From a virus (Duplodnaviria > Heunggongvirae > Uroviricota > Caudoviricetes): a DNA stretch of 64,000 bases. Each line of letters begins with the position of its first letter. Within the stretch, counting starts at the first letter, position 1. The stretch spans positions 47,223 through 111,222 of IMG/VR virus record IMGVR_UViG_3300000976_000008. One strand, given 5' to 3'. The translations under genes were made by a program, and so were the position numbers. Below are positions 10,053-19,202 of the stretch, piece after piece. Under the pieces are notes generated by a model that was given only the letters and a program-made list of their open reading frames with translations, did no database searches and was not told where the DNA came from.

Positions 10053-10928
10053 TCATTCTGCAAAGACATTAGTTATCCAATCACCATCAACCATCTTCTC
10101 ACCTTTGTAATAAACAACATCGGCAAATCCAGGCATGGATCGAAGATCAAAAGGACTCCACCCAGAACGAGTGTATAAAGCCCGACCATGATCTCCAGTC
10201 TTACCAAGATTCAAAACAGTCAATGATGCTTCATACCCAGGAAGAAGTCTACCTACTTTTCTACCAGTAAGTTTTTCAAAAATCACACCAGGATTTTTGC
10301 AGGCCAATTCAAAAACAGTCAATTTTGAAGTAATTCTCTCGACAATAAGCCAAGATATGAACATACTATATGTATCAAGAGCAGGCACACCCGGAATATC
10401 TAAATTGATTTTGTCAATAGCGGTATATGGAATATGCCCACTAATCAGTATATCAACCATATCTAAGTATTCAAACAATGAATCCCTCTCGCTTTTACTC
10501 GGCAAAGGTGGTTCAACGTTTAAATAATTATTGTTATATTCATCAGAAGTGAAAAACAAATGATGTGGAGTAACAGCAGTAAAAGGATTCTCCATTAAAT
10601 CATTAGAGTTGTTGATCACAACATATTCAGGCTCATAATCAACAATTTGGATTGCAGATGCTCCAGCAACCTCTAAACAAGAAATATCAGCAAGAGCAGT
10701 AATCCCACCACTCAAAGCCGCGATAGAAGATGAAATAGGAGTCTCTTCCCCAAAAGAGACGGTAGCACCCAAATCAATAAACCCTGGAAATATTAAGTGA
10801 TCGTCCGAAAAGATACGATCAGCAGAAGTATCCACACCCCTGTGAATACTCAATATCTCGCCATCAGCAATATTAATTGTTGCTTTACCTATATAATCCT
10901 CTTCAACAATCGTCCCACACAGTTTCAT
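10053..10928 (-). CDS. Dihydroorotase-like amidohydrolase with a degenerate metal-binding motif
   Basis: FPGFIDLGATVSFGEETPISSSIAALSGGITAL aligns to the DHOase signature PGxID-HVH..PG...E...S...AA..GG.T. The HxH pair is replaced here by L-G. A later ISGHIPYT aligns to SDHAPH. Confidence 0.5.
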   Translation of the reverse strand: MKLCGTIVEEDYIGKATINIADGEILSIHRGVDTSADRIFSDDHLIFPGFIDLGATVSFGEETPISSSIAALSGGITALADISCLEVAGASAIQIVDYEPEYVVINNSNDLMENPFTAVTPHHLFFTSDEYNNNYLNVEPPLPSKSERDSLFEYLDMVDILISGHIPYTAIDKINLDIPGVPALDTYSMFISWLIVERITSKLTVFELACKNPGVIFEKLTGRKVGRLLPGYEASLTVLNLGKTGDHGRALYTRSGWSPFDLRSMPGFADVVYYKGEKMVDGDWITNVFAE

Positions 10929-11622
10929 GCTTAAACCTCCTTGGAGTATCGCACTTTAAACGCTCAAAGATGATCCTGCCAACTGCTATGCAAAGATCAT
11001 CACCCACATCTAATATCGTCTCATCTTCACCAATCACAAAATACCATTCCTTGATAATCGATCTAAGATCGACATCAGATCTTTCTTTGCGATATTCGAT
11101 AACAAGACGATGGAAAATTTCAACATGATAATTGGTCTCCCCCAAGAGACCAATAACATTATCGTTAGAAAATTCCAACCCAGCTTTTTCTAATTTGTGA
11201 GCAATCAAAATCGCTCTACAAGACTCAGCGAAAATCTTCACAGATTCCGTTTTATTTTCTATTTCAGGATTACTATCTGAAAGCTCTAAAAGAGAAATCA
11301 AAATCCTGAATAATATATAATATGATTCTGGTTGTGAATCAGAAGAAATATCAGAAATTTCAAAATTGTCTTTGAATAAATCCAGATGTCGCAATGCATC
11401 GTCATAATCTACACATAAGTATGGCTTTGTTAAGACAACGCAAGAACCATCATCGTAATGGAGAATTCCCAAGATTGATAGAACAATATCAAGACTCTCA
11501 ATCTTGACGAAATCTCCCAAGGTCGGTCTATCAAAATACTGAATCGGAGAGGCAGTAAATTTACATAGAGGATCAGAGCTATGTGCTACTTGCAATTCAA
11601 CTCTGGTAGGCAATTCGATCAT
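10903..11622 (-). CDS. Hypothetical protein
   Basis: 239-aa ORF. Confidence 0.35.
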   Translation of the reverse strand: MIELPTRVELQVAHSSDPLCKFTASPIQYFDRPTLGDFVKIESLDIVLSILGILHYDDGSCVVLTKPYLCVDYDDALRHLDLFKDNFEISDISSDSQPESYYILFRILISLLELSDSNPEIENKTESVKIFAESCRAILIAHKLEKAGLEFSNDNVIGLLGETNYHVEIFHRLVIEYRKERSDVDLRSIIKEWYFVIGEDETILDVGDDLCIAVGRIIFERLKCDTPRRFKHETVWDDC

Positions 11623-11844
11623 ATTACACCTTCAGGTTAAATACCCAACCAGAAGGCTCGTCTTTGAATCGGATCGTTCTTATAAGAAAAGGGGGCCTCT
11701 GCTATTGATCATAGGTAGAAAGATCAAGAGAAACCAAAGGAGAAACTGAAAGATAGCGGCCAGTGGCTAGGATTTGCACCCGCGACATCCGACCCGGTAG
11801 GTCGTTACTCTGGACTGCCTCTAATGGGTAATACCCAAAAGCTG

Positions 11845-11860
11845 GCTCCCCGAAGGGCTG
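11845..11860 (-). terminator. Candidate intrinsic terminator hairpin (CCC-UUCG-GGG)
   Basis: The minus-strand sequence cccttcgggg (a UUCG tetraloop) is followed by a T-rich run. It sits in the 3' flank of the 11929..12300 gene. Confidence 0.25.
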
Positions 11861-11928
11861 AGTTACACTGGATGAATTACCATTTAAGCTAATTCATACT
11901 TCCGCCATGATTCGATTGACTCAAGAAC

Positions 11929-12300
11929 TTAGATGTTGTTCTTAATCTTCACCGAAGCTTGTGCTGGTGCGGTAACCTTCTTCTCTTCCTTGGCAACGCC
12001 CCTCTCGACGAGTAATTCCTTCAACCCAGGCGATTCAGCAACTCGATTCTCGTCAATGACGAAAACAATTCTCTCACTACCTTGACGTGGAGAAGAGACA
12101 TCAATACGACCCTTGCCAGGGACTTCAATGTTGAGTTTGCTTCCATTCGCAAGTTCTCGAAGTTCCAACTTCTTCGTCTCAAGTTTGTCTTGCAAAGCAG
12201 TCAGTTCAGCATTGATGTCCAATGCCTCCTCAGCAAGAGTTTGGGCGACGTCAGTAATTGTTCCAGCACTCATGACAACCTCGTAGATACAGCATGGCAA
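11929..12300 (-). CDS. Hypothetical coiled-coil protein
   Basis: 123-aa ORF. Confidence 0.35.
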   Translation of the reverse strand: MPCCIYEVVMSAGTITDVAQTLAEEALDINAELTALQDKLETKKLELRELANGSKLNIEVPGKGRIDVSSPRQGSERIVFVIDENRVAESPGLKELLVERGVAKEEKKVTAPAQASVKIKNNI

Positions 12301-12599
12301 TAAAAAAGATATCGCGTGTCACGACACCATTTCTCCAATCAATCCCTAAACAGATTGAAAGGTTTGACGCTTATATATACGCAGTGGTGGATAGAAAATC
12401 AGGAAATCAATTCCCCGATCAAGAGTATGGCACAAAAGCGATTATAGAACCATGCACTTTCGATTGGGACCACATGTCAATTCATATGACAATGATGGAG
12501 AAAGTGAACTATGGGATTAAGAGTTTTGATGACCTAGACCCACAATTCTTCGAAGCAATCGAAGCAGCTTTCTTATCGCTAATGTACAGCAGCCTTTAG
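12294..12599 (+). CDS. Hypothetical protein (opposite-strand island)
   Basis: 101-aa plus-strand ORF. Confidence 0.25.
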   Translation: MAIKKISRVTTPFLQSIPKQIERFDAYIYAVVDRKSGNQFPDQEYGTKAIIEPCTFDWDHMSIHMTMMEKVNYGIKSFDDLDPQFFEAIEAAFLSLMYSSL

Positions 12600-13429
12600 G
12601 TTATCGAAGAAAATAATAAAGAATAATCTTCGCTGGCCAAAGTAATTGACACATTGGGCAATGAATCAAAAGTTCTTGTAGCCCAATCATTAGGCCCAGG
12701 ATGATGTCTAATTGTCGCAATCGCTACAAAATTTACATTAGTACCATCATAAGTAGCTTGAAAATGGACACCATTCACAGTTCCGTTATGTGCAAGCCCA
12801 GGACCACCTGGCCCGTCAGTAGAAGCTCCAACAAGATAGAGATCCTTAGGCACACCCGTTTCCAAAGAAACCCCTTGGCCATATAAAGTACCAACAACTG
12901 AAGAATCTTCAGATAAGTGGAATGCAGAAGTTGCAATCCCAAATCCTGTGGCTGATGAATTACTAACAGTAATCAATTGTCTGTTAGCAACAGAATCCAA
13001 ATTGATTACTGTTGCAGTAACACCAGGGCCTTGGAAAGCAGCACCAGGCCAAATCTTGTCGATGAAAACAGTAATCTCAGAAGAATACAAAGAATCGAAA
13101 TGTTCCCATGAGCCGTTTCCATTGACTATTAAGATACCATCATCATCTCTGAAGGCAGAGAATTCATAAGTCTCTTCACCCTCAGTATATCGGCATGACA
13201 TTCTAGGAATAATTCGGCGAATCTCTAAACCAGAACCCGGTAGGTTAGGGATAGTAATTGTCGCTCCAATATCAGCGAATAGAGCAATAAATGCTGGGAT
13301 GCTATCATTATGAGCATCCATATCCTGATTATTCACCTCAAACTTGATGTCGTCAAGAGCGAGTGATGATTTAACTTCACTACCATCGATGTACGAAATC
13401 ACTGTTGATAGATTGAAAACATATGCCAT
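12596..13429 (-). CDS. Hypothetical protein
   Basis: 277-aa ORF rich in Gly and Thr. Confidence 0.4.
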   Translation of the reverse strand: MAYVFNLSTVISYIDGSEVKSSLALDDIKFEVNNQDMDAHNDSIPAFIALFADIGATITIPNLPGSGLEIRRIIPRMSCRYTEGEETYEFSAFRDDDGILIVNGNGSWEHFDSLYSSEITVFIDKIWPGAAFQGPGVTATVINLDSVANRQLITVSNSSATGFGIATSAFHLSEDSSVVGTLYGQGVSLETGVPKDLYLVGASTDGPGGPGLAHNGTVNGVHFQATYDGTNVNFVAIATIRHHPGPNDWATRTFDSLPNVSITLASEDYSLLFSSIT

Positions 13430-13835
13430 TATATTCTACCCAGCCAGAAATTCAACAACCGTGTTTACAAGTATTTTTACTTCCATGAGCCTAAACGCAA
13501 TCGAAGCAGTCAAAGATGATTATTCTGATAAGAATATCTTAGTGATGTTGATGTCAGAATTAGAGTATACAGTTGAAAGAGGTTTTGGGGGAATATATAG
13601 CGGCCAATTCATCGTTAAAAAAGAAAAGCCAGGTGGAAAAACGGCTTACTTTTCAGCCAGAACCCAAAATGGCAAAGTCTCTTTCACAATGAGAAATAGG
13701 TTGTCTTACAGCTTTGATTTATCAGATCCAAACGTTATAGAAGAAATCAAAGACGTCTTGTCAAATCCACTCCTTTGGTTATCATCTGATAAAAGCTTTT
13801 ACGAACCAATAGTCTACAAAGGTGTGGATAGATAG
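13344..13835 (+). CDS. Hypothetical protein (opposite-strand island)
   Basis: Plus-strand ORF. A likely real start is near 13486 (MSLNAIEAV), which would remove the overlap with the minus-strand gene. Confidence 0.3.
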   Translation: MMSSRASDDLTSLPSMYEITVDRLKTYAIIFYPARNSTTVFTSIFTSMSLNAIEAVKDDYSDKNILVMLMSELEYTVERGFGGIYSGQFIVKKEKPGGKTAYFSARTQNGKVSFTMRNRLSYSFDLSDPNVIEEIKDVLSNPLLWLSSDKSFYEPIVYKGVDR

Positions 13836-14298
13836 CATTCAGACATTTGTCGTATCTAGATGTTTTCATAAGCAAAGCTTATATGGGGCTTTACTTATGT
13901 CAGACTTCTGTGAATTCGGATTTGGCGAAGAACAAGCTGTCGTCGAATATGAATACACAGAGGAAGAGGAATTGACACTAACTCTAGAAGCAATGCTAGA
14001 GTACCTTCTGCGATCAAATCTGCAAGTCGCGGTCAATAAAACCAACAACACAAGAATGGTTGTTGAATATAATACCCAATGGTATCAAGATTTTTGTGGA
14101 TCTTATAAAAGTGTCTGCTACGTTTATAGAAATAGCAAGAAGACCAAGAGGATGAAAAGACCTCGAACCTTCATCAAAAGATGCTGCACGATAGCAGCTT
14201 TGAAAAGAATGATAAAGGGAAATCTTAAAGGCGAATATGCAGCAAGAATATTAGAATTCGCCGAAGTATTCTGGGAAAAATACGCCCCAGGATATTAA
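13822..14298 (+). CDS. Hypothetical acidic/basic protein (opposite-strand island)
   Basis: 158-aa plus-strand ORF. The start is probably the internal Met (MSDFCEF). Confidence 0.3.
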   Translation: MWIDSIQTFVVSRCFHKQSLYGALLMSDFCEFGFGEEQAVVEYEYTEEEELTLTLEAMLEYLLRSNLQVAVNKTNNTRMVVEYNTQWYQDFCGSYKSVCYVYRNSKKTKRMKRPRTFIKRCCTIAALKRMIKGNLKGEYAARILEFAEVFWEKYAPGY

Positions 14299-14374
14299 AA
14301 GAAGGCCGCGAGAACCAACACACGGCCTTCCCCCAACGCGACTCGGCCAAAGATAACCGAGCCACAGGCAATGA

Positions 14375-14848
14375 TCAATTGACAAATCTTGCCGTGCAGT
14401 GCCATCCCGATCCAGATGGATGGCATGCCTTAGCAATCATTCGCTTCTGCCCATAGTAGCAGACATTTCTCAGTGCATCGGCTGCAGATCTCGTCGAAAA
14501 ACCAACACCTTCGAATTGACCAGGTGGTGGAGATCCAATGTGGCCAGTTCGTCGATTCATAGCTTGAATTCGTGCTGATTCATGCACCGAAACCGTAGAT
14601 GTTGTTCGAGTCGTCACAGTATGTCGCACATGTCGCACATGTCGCACATGTCGCTGTTGACGAACTTGACGAAACTGACGGCATTGTGGCTGTCGAACTT
14701 GACGAAACTGCGGCTGACGAAAACGTGGCTGTCGGAATTGGCGTGTTTGACACGGATTACACATACCGCGTTGCCCGCCTCTTCGACCAGCTTCTACCTC
14801 AACACTCATACAACAGAGTACCAAAGCAATCATCAAAACAAAACGCAT
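14375..14848 (-). CDS. Secreted Arg/Gln-rich tandem-repeat protein
   Basis: Signal peptide MRFVLMIALVLCCMSVEVEA, then FRQPRFRQPQFRQVRQPQCRQFRQVRQQRHVRHVRHVRH. The underlying DNA carries tandem repeats gtcgcacat x3 and ttgacgaa-type units. Confidence 0.4.
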   Translation of the reverse strand: MRFVLMIALVLCCMSVEVEAGRRGGQRGMCNPCQTRQFRQPRFRQPQFRQVRQPQCRQFRQVRQQRHVRHVRHVRHTVTTRTTSTVSVHESARIQAMNRRTGHIGSPPPGQFEGVGFSTRSAADALRNVCYYGQKRMIAKACHPSGSGWHCTARFVN

Positions 14849-14903
14849 CCTCTACTCCTTCTCTCAAATTGGTTCGGAAGCTCAGCTTCCACATAAGGTT
14901 TAT

Positions 14904-14977
14904 TAGGCCGGGCGAGACTCGAACTCGCAACCTACGAATTATGAGTTCGGTGCTCTAACCGATTGAGCTACCGGCCC
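14904..14977 (-). tRNA. tRNA-Met (anticodon CAU)
   Basis: Manually folded cloverleaf. Acceptor GGGCCGG, D-arm GCTC..GAGC, anticodon loop CTCATAA, T-arm GCGAG-TTCGAGT-CTCGC. Confidence 0.8.
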
Positions 14978-15206
14978 TACCCCCGCAAGTTCTCAGTTTT
15001 GCATGATTTCCAAAATTTGGGTAACCACAGCTTGAGAGCTATATGGGACATAATGTGTTTTCACGGCATCAGTTGGTCGCCTATGATCAGCAATCAAATA
15101 AGCTTCTGGTTGCCTATGAACAACAAAAATCCGATTCCTACTTTGATCCTTGGCATCCTTATCAAATACATCTAAGCGATCGGGAAATTTAGTGACGAAA
15201 AGACCA

Positions 15207-15725
15207 TTATTTTCGATTTTTTCTGCGAGGTTTTGCAATTAACTTCTCGTATTCGATGTCACTGATACGCTCAATATAATCAGTAGGCTTATAGGGTGTT
15301 TTCTTAGGGGTTTCAAATACGAAGAGTTGCTTCTTCTTAAGCAGGGTATATCCAACTCTCTCTAGAAATGATGGCTTGAACCCAATTATCTTATGTAAGT
15401 CAGACGACGATGGAATCCGAAATTCATGCATTTCGGCTATTATCAATTTCCCATTCTTAGTACGACGAGGACGCCACCAAGTTGGTTCGTGCCTCCTATT
15501 GCTCTTCGGGACGCAATGGCACCAATCTAAACCGGGGCATTCTTCAGCAATAATACCAGAATATCGGAAATCTTGAATAGACGATGTAAGAAGATCAGTG
15601 CCGCCGTACTGTTTGGCCCACTTCAATGCTTTCCTTCGCACTTTCTTTCTTATGTCGAAATGTTCAACAATTTGAAGGTATTTTCCACCAGTCACTTTGT
15701 AGAAAGGCATATCAGTTTCCGGCAA
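15207..15725 (-). CDS. Hypothetical basic protein
   Basis: 172-aa ORF. Confidence 0.35.
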   Translation of the reverse strand: MPETDMPFYKVTGGKYLQIVEHFDIRKKVRRKALKWAKQYGGTDLLTSSIQDFRYSGIIAEECPGLDWCHCVPKSNRRHEPTWWRPRRTKNGKLIIAEMHEFRIPSSSDLHKIIGFKPSFLERVGYTLLKKKQLFVFETPKKTPYKPTDYIERISDIEYEKLIAKPRRKNRK

Positions 15726-16152
15726 GAATATGAGAATTGACTAAGGAAGTAGCTTGTTCCTCTGAAAATCCTTCTTCGACACATCCCTTGAAAAGATGCC
15801 ACCATTTTTTCGGAAGCGAAGTTCTAGGAGTTTTTTCGACCTTGAAAGTTTCAGAAGACGGGAGGGTAAAGCTTCGAAAATTGACTTTCAAGAATAAAAA
15901 GTCATCAGCATCGAATTTATCTTCAACAGATTCAAATATTTTCTTTTTAGCTCTAGAAAGTCTCACCCTAGCAGAATTGGGAGTCGTATTATCTAGAAGC
16001 ATCGCCAGATAATCTTCAGTCCAACGGTATTGATCACTTGACCAATAAACTAGCAGCACAGTGCGAAGTTTTTCAGGCAAGCTATAATAGGCTTCAAGAA
16101 CAAAATTTCTCTGTTTGCTAGTGAAATAATCAAATGGATCACTCATCTTCAA
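15712..16152 (-). CDS. Sigma-70 region-4-like HTH protein (putative transcription factor)
   Basis: SLPEKLRTVLLVYW...TEDYLAMLLDNTTPNSARVRLSRAKKKI matches the region-4 pattern LPeR.R.V..L........EIA..LG.S...V...LsRAr..L. Confidence 0.4.
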   Translation of the reverse strand: MKMSDPFDYFTSKQRNFVLEAYYSLPEKLRTVLLVYWSSDQYRWTEDYLAMLLDNTTPNSARVRLSRAKKKIFESVEDKFDADDFLFLKVNFRSFTLPSSETFKVEKTPRTSLPKKWWHLFKGCVEEGFSEEQATSLVNSHILAGN

Positions 16153-16681
16153 ACCCTACGACACTCTTCTTTCTCTTCACAAACCACTCTGCAGCGGAGG
16201 ATGCGAACGAACGAAGAAACTCACCAAACAGGAAATTAGGAACAGCAATTGGCCAGAAGAACAATCGTTCAAAGAAACCTTCCCAACTCGGCTCGCCGTG
16301 GTAACGATTGTACAATTCACTCGGAATTTTGCTATTGTACTTGCCCTCTTTAAGCTCTTCGCCGATTTGTTTCTTGGACATATGGTTCTTTTTGGCGAAT
16401 GCGAGCAAATCTTTCCTCACCAGCCTAATGCTGATCGAATAAAGAGCAACGAATGAAGCAAGACCAATGCCCAAGTAGATGCCGATGTTCGTAAATGTCT
16501 CAGCATTCAATCCCAAACTGAGAACATCTATGAAATTGGTGAAAGCTCCAAAAACAAAGACAGATACGCAGGAGACACCAATCCTCACTCCGTTGTCTTT
16601 GGTCCCGACGAGGAATAATCCATCGAGAAGCATTATGATGTAAAGAATTGTGTCGCCAAGCTCTAGAATCTCGTAAATCAT
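16139..16681 (-). CDS. Membrane protein
   Basis: Multiple hydrophobic helices in the N-terminal 100 aa. Confidence 0.4.
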   Translation of the reverse strand: MIYEILELGDTILYIIMLLDGLFLVGTKDNGVRIGVSCVSVFVFGAFTNFIDVLSLGLNAETFTNIGIYLGIGLASFVALYSISIRLVRKDLLAFAKKNHMSKKQIGEELKEGKYNSKIPSELYNRYHGEPSWEGFFERLFFWPIAVPNFLFGEFLRSFASSAAEWFVKRKKSVVGFEDE

Positions 16682-17319
16682 GAAGAAGCCTCTTGCAATA
16701 CAGGAATCAACTCACTAACTTCAGAGATACTAGTGAATTCGTTACCGCTGTGAAATTTTGAAAAATCGAATGAAGATTGCACCAGAATAACTGGCACACC
16801 AACACTATGAGCGAGATGACTCATCCCGCTATCGATACCAATAAAGAACTTAGAAGCGGCCATTTCGGAAATACACTGTTCCAAAGTCAAATGGCCACCA
16901 ACAGGAACTGATTCAACATTAAAATCGGTAGTACACGACTCAAAAGTATCAAGCCATTCTTGACTAACACACTTCTGATCGTTAAAAAGACGACCACCAA
17001 CTAGTTGGTGCGTGAATTTATTAGACGTACCAACATGCTGAATTTTAGTAGGAAGGTACTTTGTATTCCAAGCCTCCCATTGATCAACAAAATCAGTAGT
17101 GATCTCATCGGTAACATCCAGAGTAAAGTCGCTCTCTATAAGCGGTCTTATCTCCGAAATTTTGCCCGAAATAGAAACACCATCAGCAGCAATTGAAGAG
17201 ATACTGGAGATCTCATTGATTAGGCAATAATTGATGAAAGCCCAAACATCTCCAAGGTGGCTCCCCCAACAACCCTTCACCGACTGTCTAACCATTGTTT
17301 GATCACATCCCCATGACAT
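16678..17319 (-). CDS. Glycosyltransferase family 9-like (heptosyltransferase fold)
   Basis: The C-terminal motif FFIGIDSGMSHLAHSVGVPVILV resembles the GT9 signature lig.DSGpmHLAaAlg.P.v.l. Confidence 0.5.
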   Translation of the reverse strand: MSWGCDQTMVRQSVKGCWGSHLGDVWAFINYCLINEISSISSIAADGVSISGKISEIRPLIESDFTLDVTDEITTDFVDQWEAWNTKYLPTKIQHVGTSNKFTHQLVGGRLFNDQKCVSQEWLDTFESCTTDFNVESVPVGGHLTLEQCISEMAASKFFIGIDSGMSHLAHSVGVPVILVQSSFDFSKFHSGNEFTSISEVSELIPVLQEASS

Positions 17320-17573
17320 TCGAGAGGTTTACAAAAGCAACCCAATTTCAAGTCTTTTAGAGCAAGAACAGCATCTCTAAATTCTGAATCACTCTCAACT
17401 CTATCATAGAAATACACTACGAATCTCTCAACAGAATTCTTCCGACCATAACGCCTTACAGAGAAAGGATTACCAAAACAACCAGCATTGGGAGGGTCTG
17501 GGATATTACCATTCTTCCCTCTACCAATATAAACATCACATTTCTTTTTCGAAATGTTTACTATCGTTGTCAT
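17277..17573 (-). CDS. DUF4326-family protein
   Basis: CDVYIGRGKNG...GCFGNPF...LGCFCKPLECHGDVI matches the DUF4326 pattern as I remember it. Confidence 0.5.
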   Translation of the reverse strand: MTTIVNISKKKCDVYIGRGKNGNIPDPPNAGCFGNPFSVRRYGRKNSVERFVVYFYDRVESDSEFRDAVLALKDLKLGCFCKPLECHGDVIKQWLDSR

Positions 17574-17620
17574 AAGTCCTCCACAAAGCTAAAGAAATCA
17601 GCATTCAAATCGGACACACA

Positions 17621-18241
17621 ATGAACCAAGAAGAAATAGAACAAAAACTCCAAGAAGAATTGAAATTATATGATAACCTGTGGAAAGGTGGTTATACTGA
17701 AGTAGAATGTGCAGCCACGCTCAGAATAAAAGAATACCTCACCAAAGCAATAAAGAAAAATCACTTAGTTTTTGAGATAGGTTGTGGAGGCGGATTTTGG
17801 ACTCCAATCTTGGCAAAAGCTGCTAAATCTGTCCATGCCAACGACATTCAAACAGCCGAATACAATCGATTTTGGGAAAGATGCCCAAACATCAATAATA
17901 TTACATACCACCACGTGAGCAATTTTAAAGTCGACTATTTAGAGGATAATTCAATCGACGTAGTCTTCAGTTATGGAGTATTGTGCCACGTTTCTAGAAC
18001 AGGAACACGTGAATATCTGAAAAATCTACGCCGCAAAATAACCAAGACTGGAAAATTGATTCTAATGTACGCAGATGCTGCCAAGTATGCAAAAGCTGGC
18101 GGCACAGTAAAAGAAGGGCCTAGATGGGATTGGCTAGGAATAGAAAACTTTTGCAAAATGGCAAAAGACTTAGGCTATAAAATCGTAACAGAGGATTTAC
18201 AAATAGATCCAAGATTCCCAATTACTGTTTTAGAGGTTTAG
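17621..18241 (+). CDS. Class I SAM-dependent methyltransferase
   Basis: Motif I VFEIGCGGGFWT is present. Post-I acidic residue D at ANDIQ. Confidence 0.7.
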   Translation: MNQEEIEQKLQEELKLYDNLWKGGYTEVECAATLRIKEYLTKAIKKNHLVFEIGCGGGFWTPILAKAAKSVHANDIQTAEYNRFWERCPNINNITYHHVSNFKVDYLEDNSIDVVFSYGVLCHVSRTGTREYLKNLRRKITKTGKLILMYADAAKYAKAGGTVKEGPRWDWLGIENFCKMAKDLGYKIVTEDLQIDPRFPITVLEV

Positions 18242-18287
18242 CCTCTGGTGGTATGCTTCATAGGTTCAACGATGTCAACACCACATA

Positions 18288-18650
18288 CTACCCTACTAAT
18301 TTGAGTTCCTCAAGCTTTCGATAAACGTTGTCAATAGACTTTGGATCTTTAAGATCGAAAGCTATGCTTTCACTCTTGCCGACCATCGCATCAAGCACCA
18401 CACCAGGCAGATTTGTAATGGGGCCAGCATATCGTCTATCAGCGGTAGTGCTAGGATGTAAAGTAATCCTGCCTGCCATGACAGATATTGTGAAGCCATT
18501 CGCCTTTATCGACCATGAATTGACCTCTGGCTTATCATGCTGTTCTTGTGGATCATGCAAAATGAAAGTCATACCAGGTGTCATGGTCGGTTCGAGACCA
18601 TACTTTTCTCTCAGTTCTTCAACGATTCCTGTAGCAACTTCGCCAATCAT
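18288..18650 (-). CDS. Hypothetical protein
   Basis: 120-aa ORF. Confidence 0.3.
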   Translation of the reverse strand: MIGEVATGIVEELREKYGLEPTMTPGMTFILHDPQEQHDKPEVNSWSIKANGFTISVMAGRITLHPSTTADRRYAGPITNLPGVVLDAMVGKSESIAFDLKDPKSIDNVYRKLEELKLVG

Positions 18651-18674
18651 TCCACTTTTCCCAATCTTTCGAAA

Positions 18675-18866
18675 TCAATCTTCTAATTCCCTCTGACGTC
18701 TCCTAGATTCAAGCGTCCTTCGGACAGCCATCACACCATTGCCTTTATGTGGACCTCTGATGTAAACCATGTCACGAGGATGATATACACCATTAGCATC
18801 TTGCTTATATCCTGGGAATAACTTCGGATCTGGAAGAAGATTATCCAATTCGACGTCTTTTGCCAC
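18675..18866 (-). CDS. Hypothetical small protein
   Basis: 63-aa ORF. Confidence 0.25.
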   Translation of the reverse strand: MAKDVELDNLLPDPKLFPGYKQDANGVYHPRDMVYIRGPHKGNGVMAVRRTLESRRRQRELED

Positions 18867-18875
18867 GTGCCCCTC

Positions 18876-19172
18876 CTATTGAGCAGAGATGAAAAGTCCA
18901 AAGATTGATTTTCTAGAAGTCCAACCATTGATACCACCACGATTGTTTCCGATTTGATATCGGTTACCATTGATGGCTTTAATAAGATGAAGGTATTGTC
19001 TACCCTTCACTTTACATAGCACAATATCTCCGACTTTCAATTCGTCTTTAATCGGGATTATGGTACAAAGCTGGCCAGACTCGATTATTCCTGACATCGA
19101 GTTGCCGCCAGGGCGGCATTGAATAATTTCACCGTTTGCTAATTGTTCAATATAGTGAGAAGCCCAACCCAT
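18876..19172 (-). CDS. S24 (LexA/UmuD-like) peptidase-domain protein
   Basis: GNSMSGIIESGQLCTI...VGDIVLCKV...HLIKAI resembles UmuD' GDSMIDGGISDGDLLIVD...GDIVIA...VKKL with the Ser-Lys dyad context. The protein is only 98 aa and has no DNA-binding domain. Confidence 0.5.
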   Translation of the reverse strand: MGWASHYIEQLANGEIIQCRPGGNSMSGIIESGQLCTIIPIKDELKVGDIVLCKVKGRQYLHLIKAINGNRYQIGNNRGGINGWTSRKSIFGLFISAQ

Positions 19173-19202
19173 TTATTATTTTCCTATACGGGTCTAGTTG
19201 AT

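Noticed and set aside
11700-11900. GC-rich intergenic stretch tested as a tRNA
   Set aside because: No T-loop and no acceptor pairing could be found. Only a CCC-UUCG-GGG hairpin is evident, so it is reported only as a possible terminator.
14582-14958. Plus-strand ORFs 14582..14896 and 14599..14958 (HMS/HVA repeat peptides)
   Set aside because: They are the reverse-strand reading of the tandem repeats within the minus-strand secreted-protein gene and overlap tRNA-Met. They are most likely artefacts of repeat DNA.
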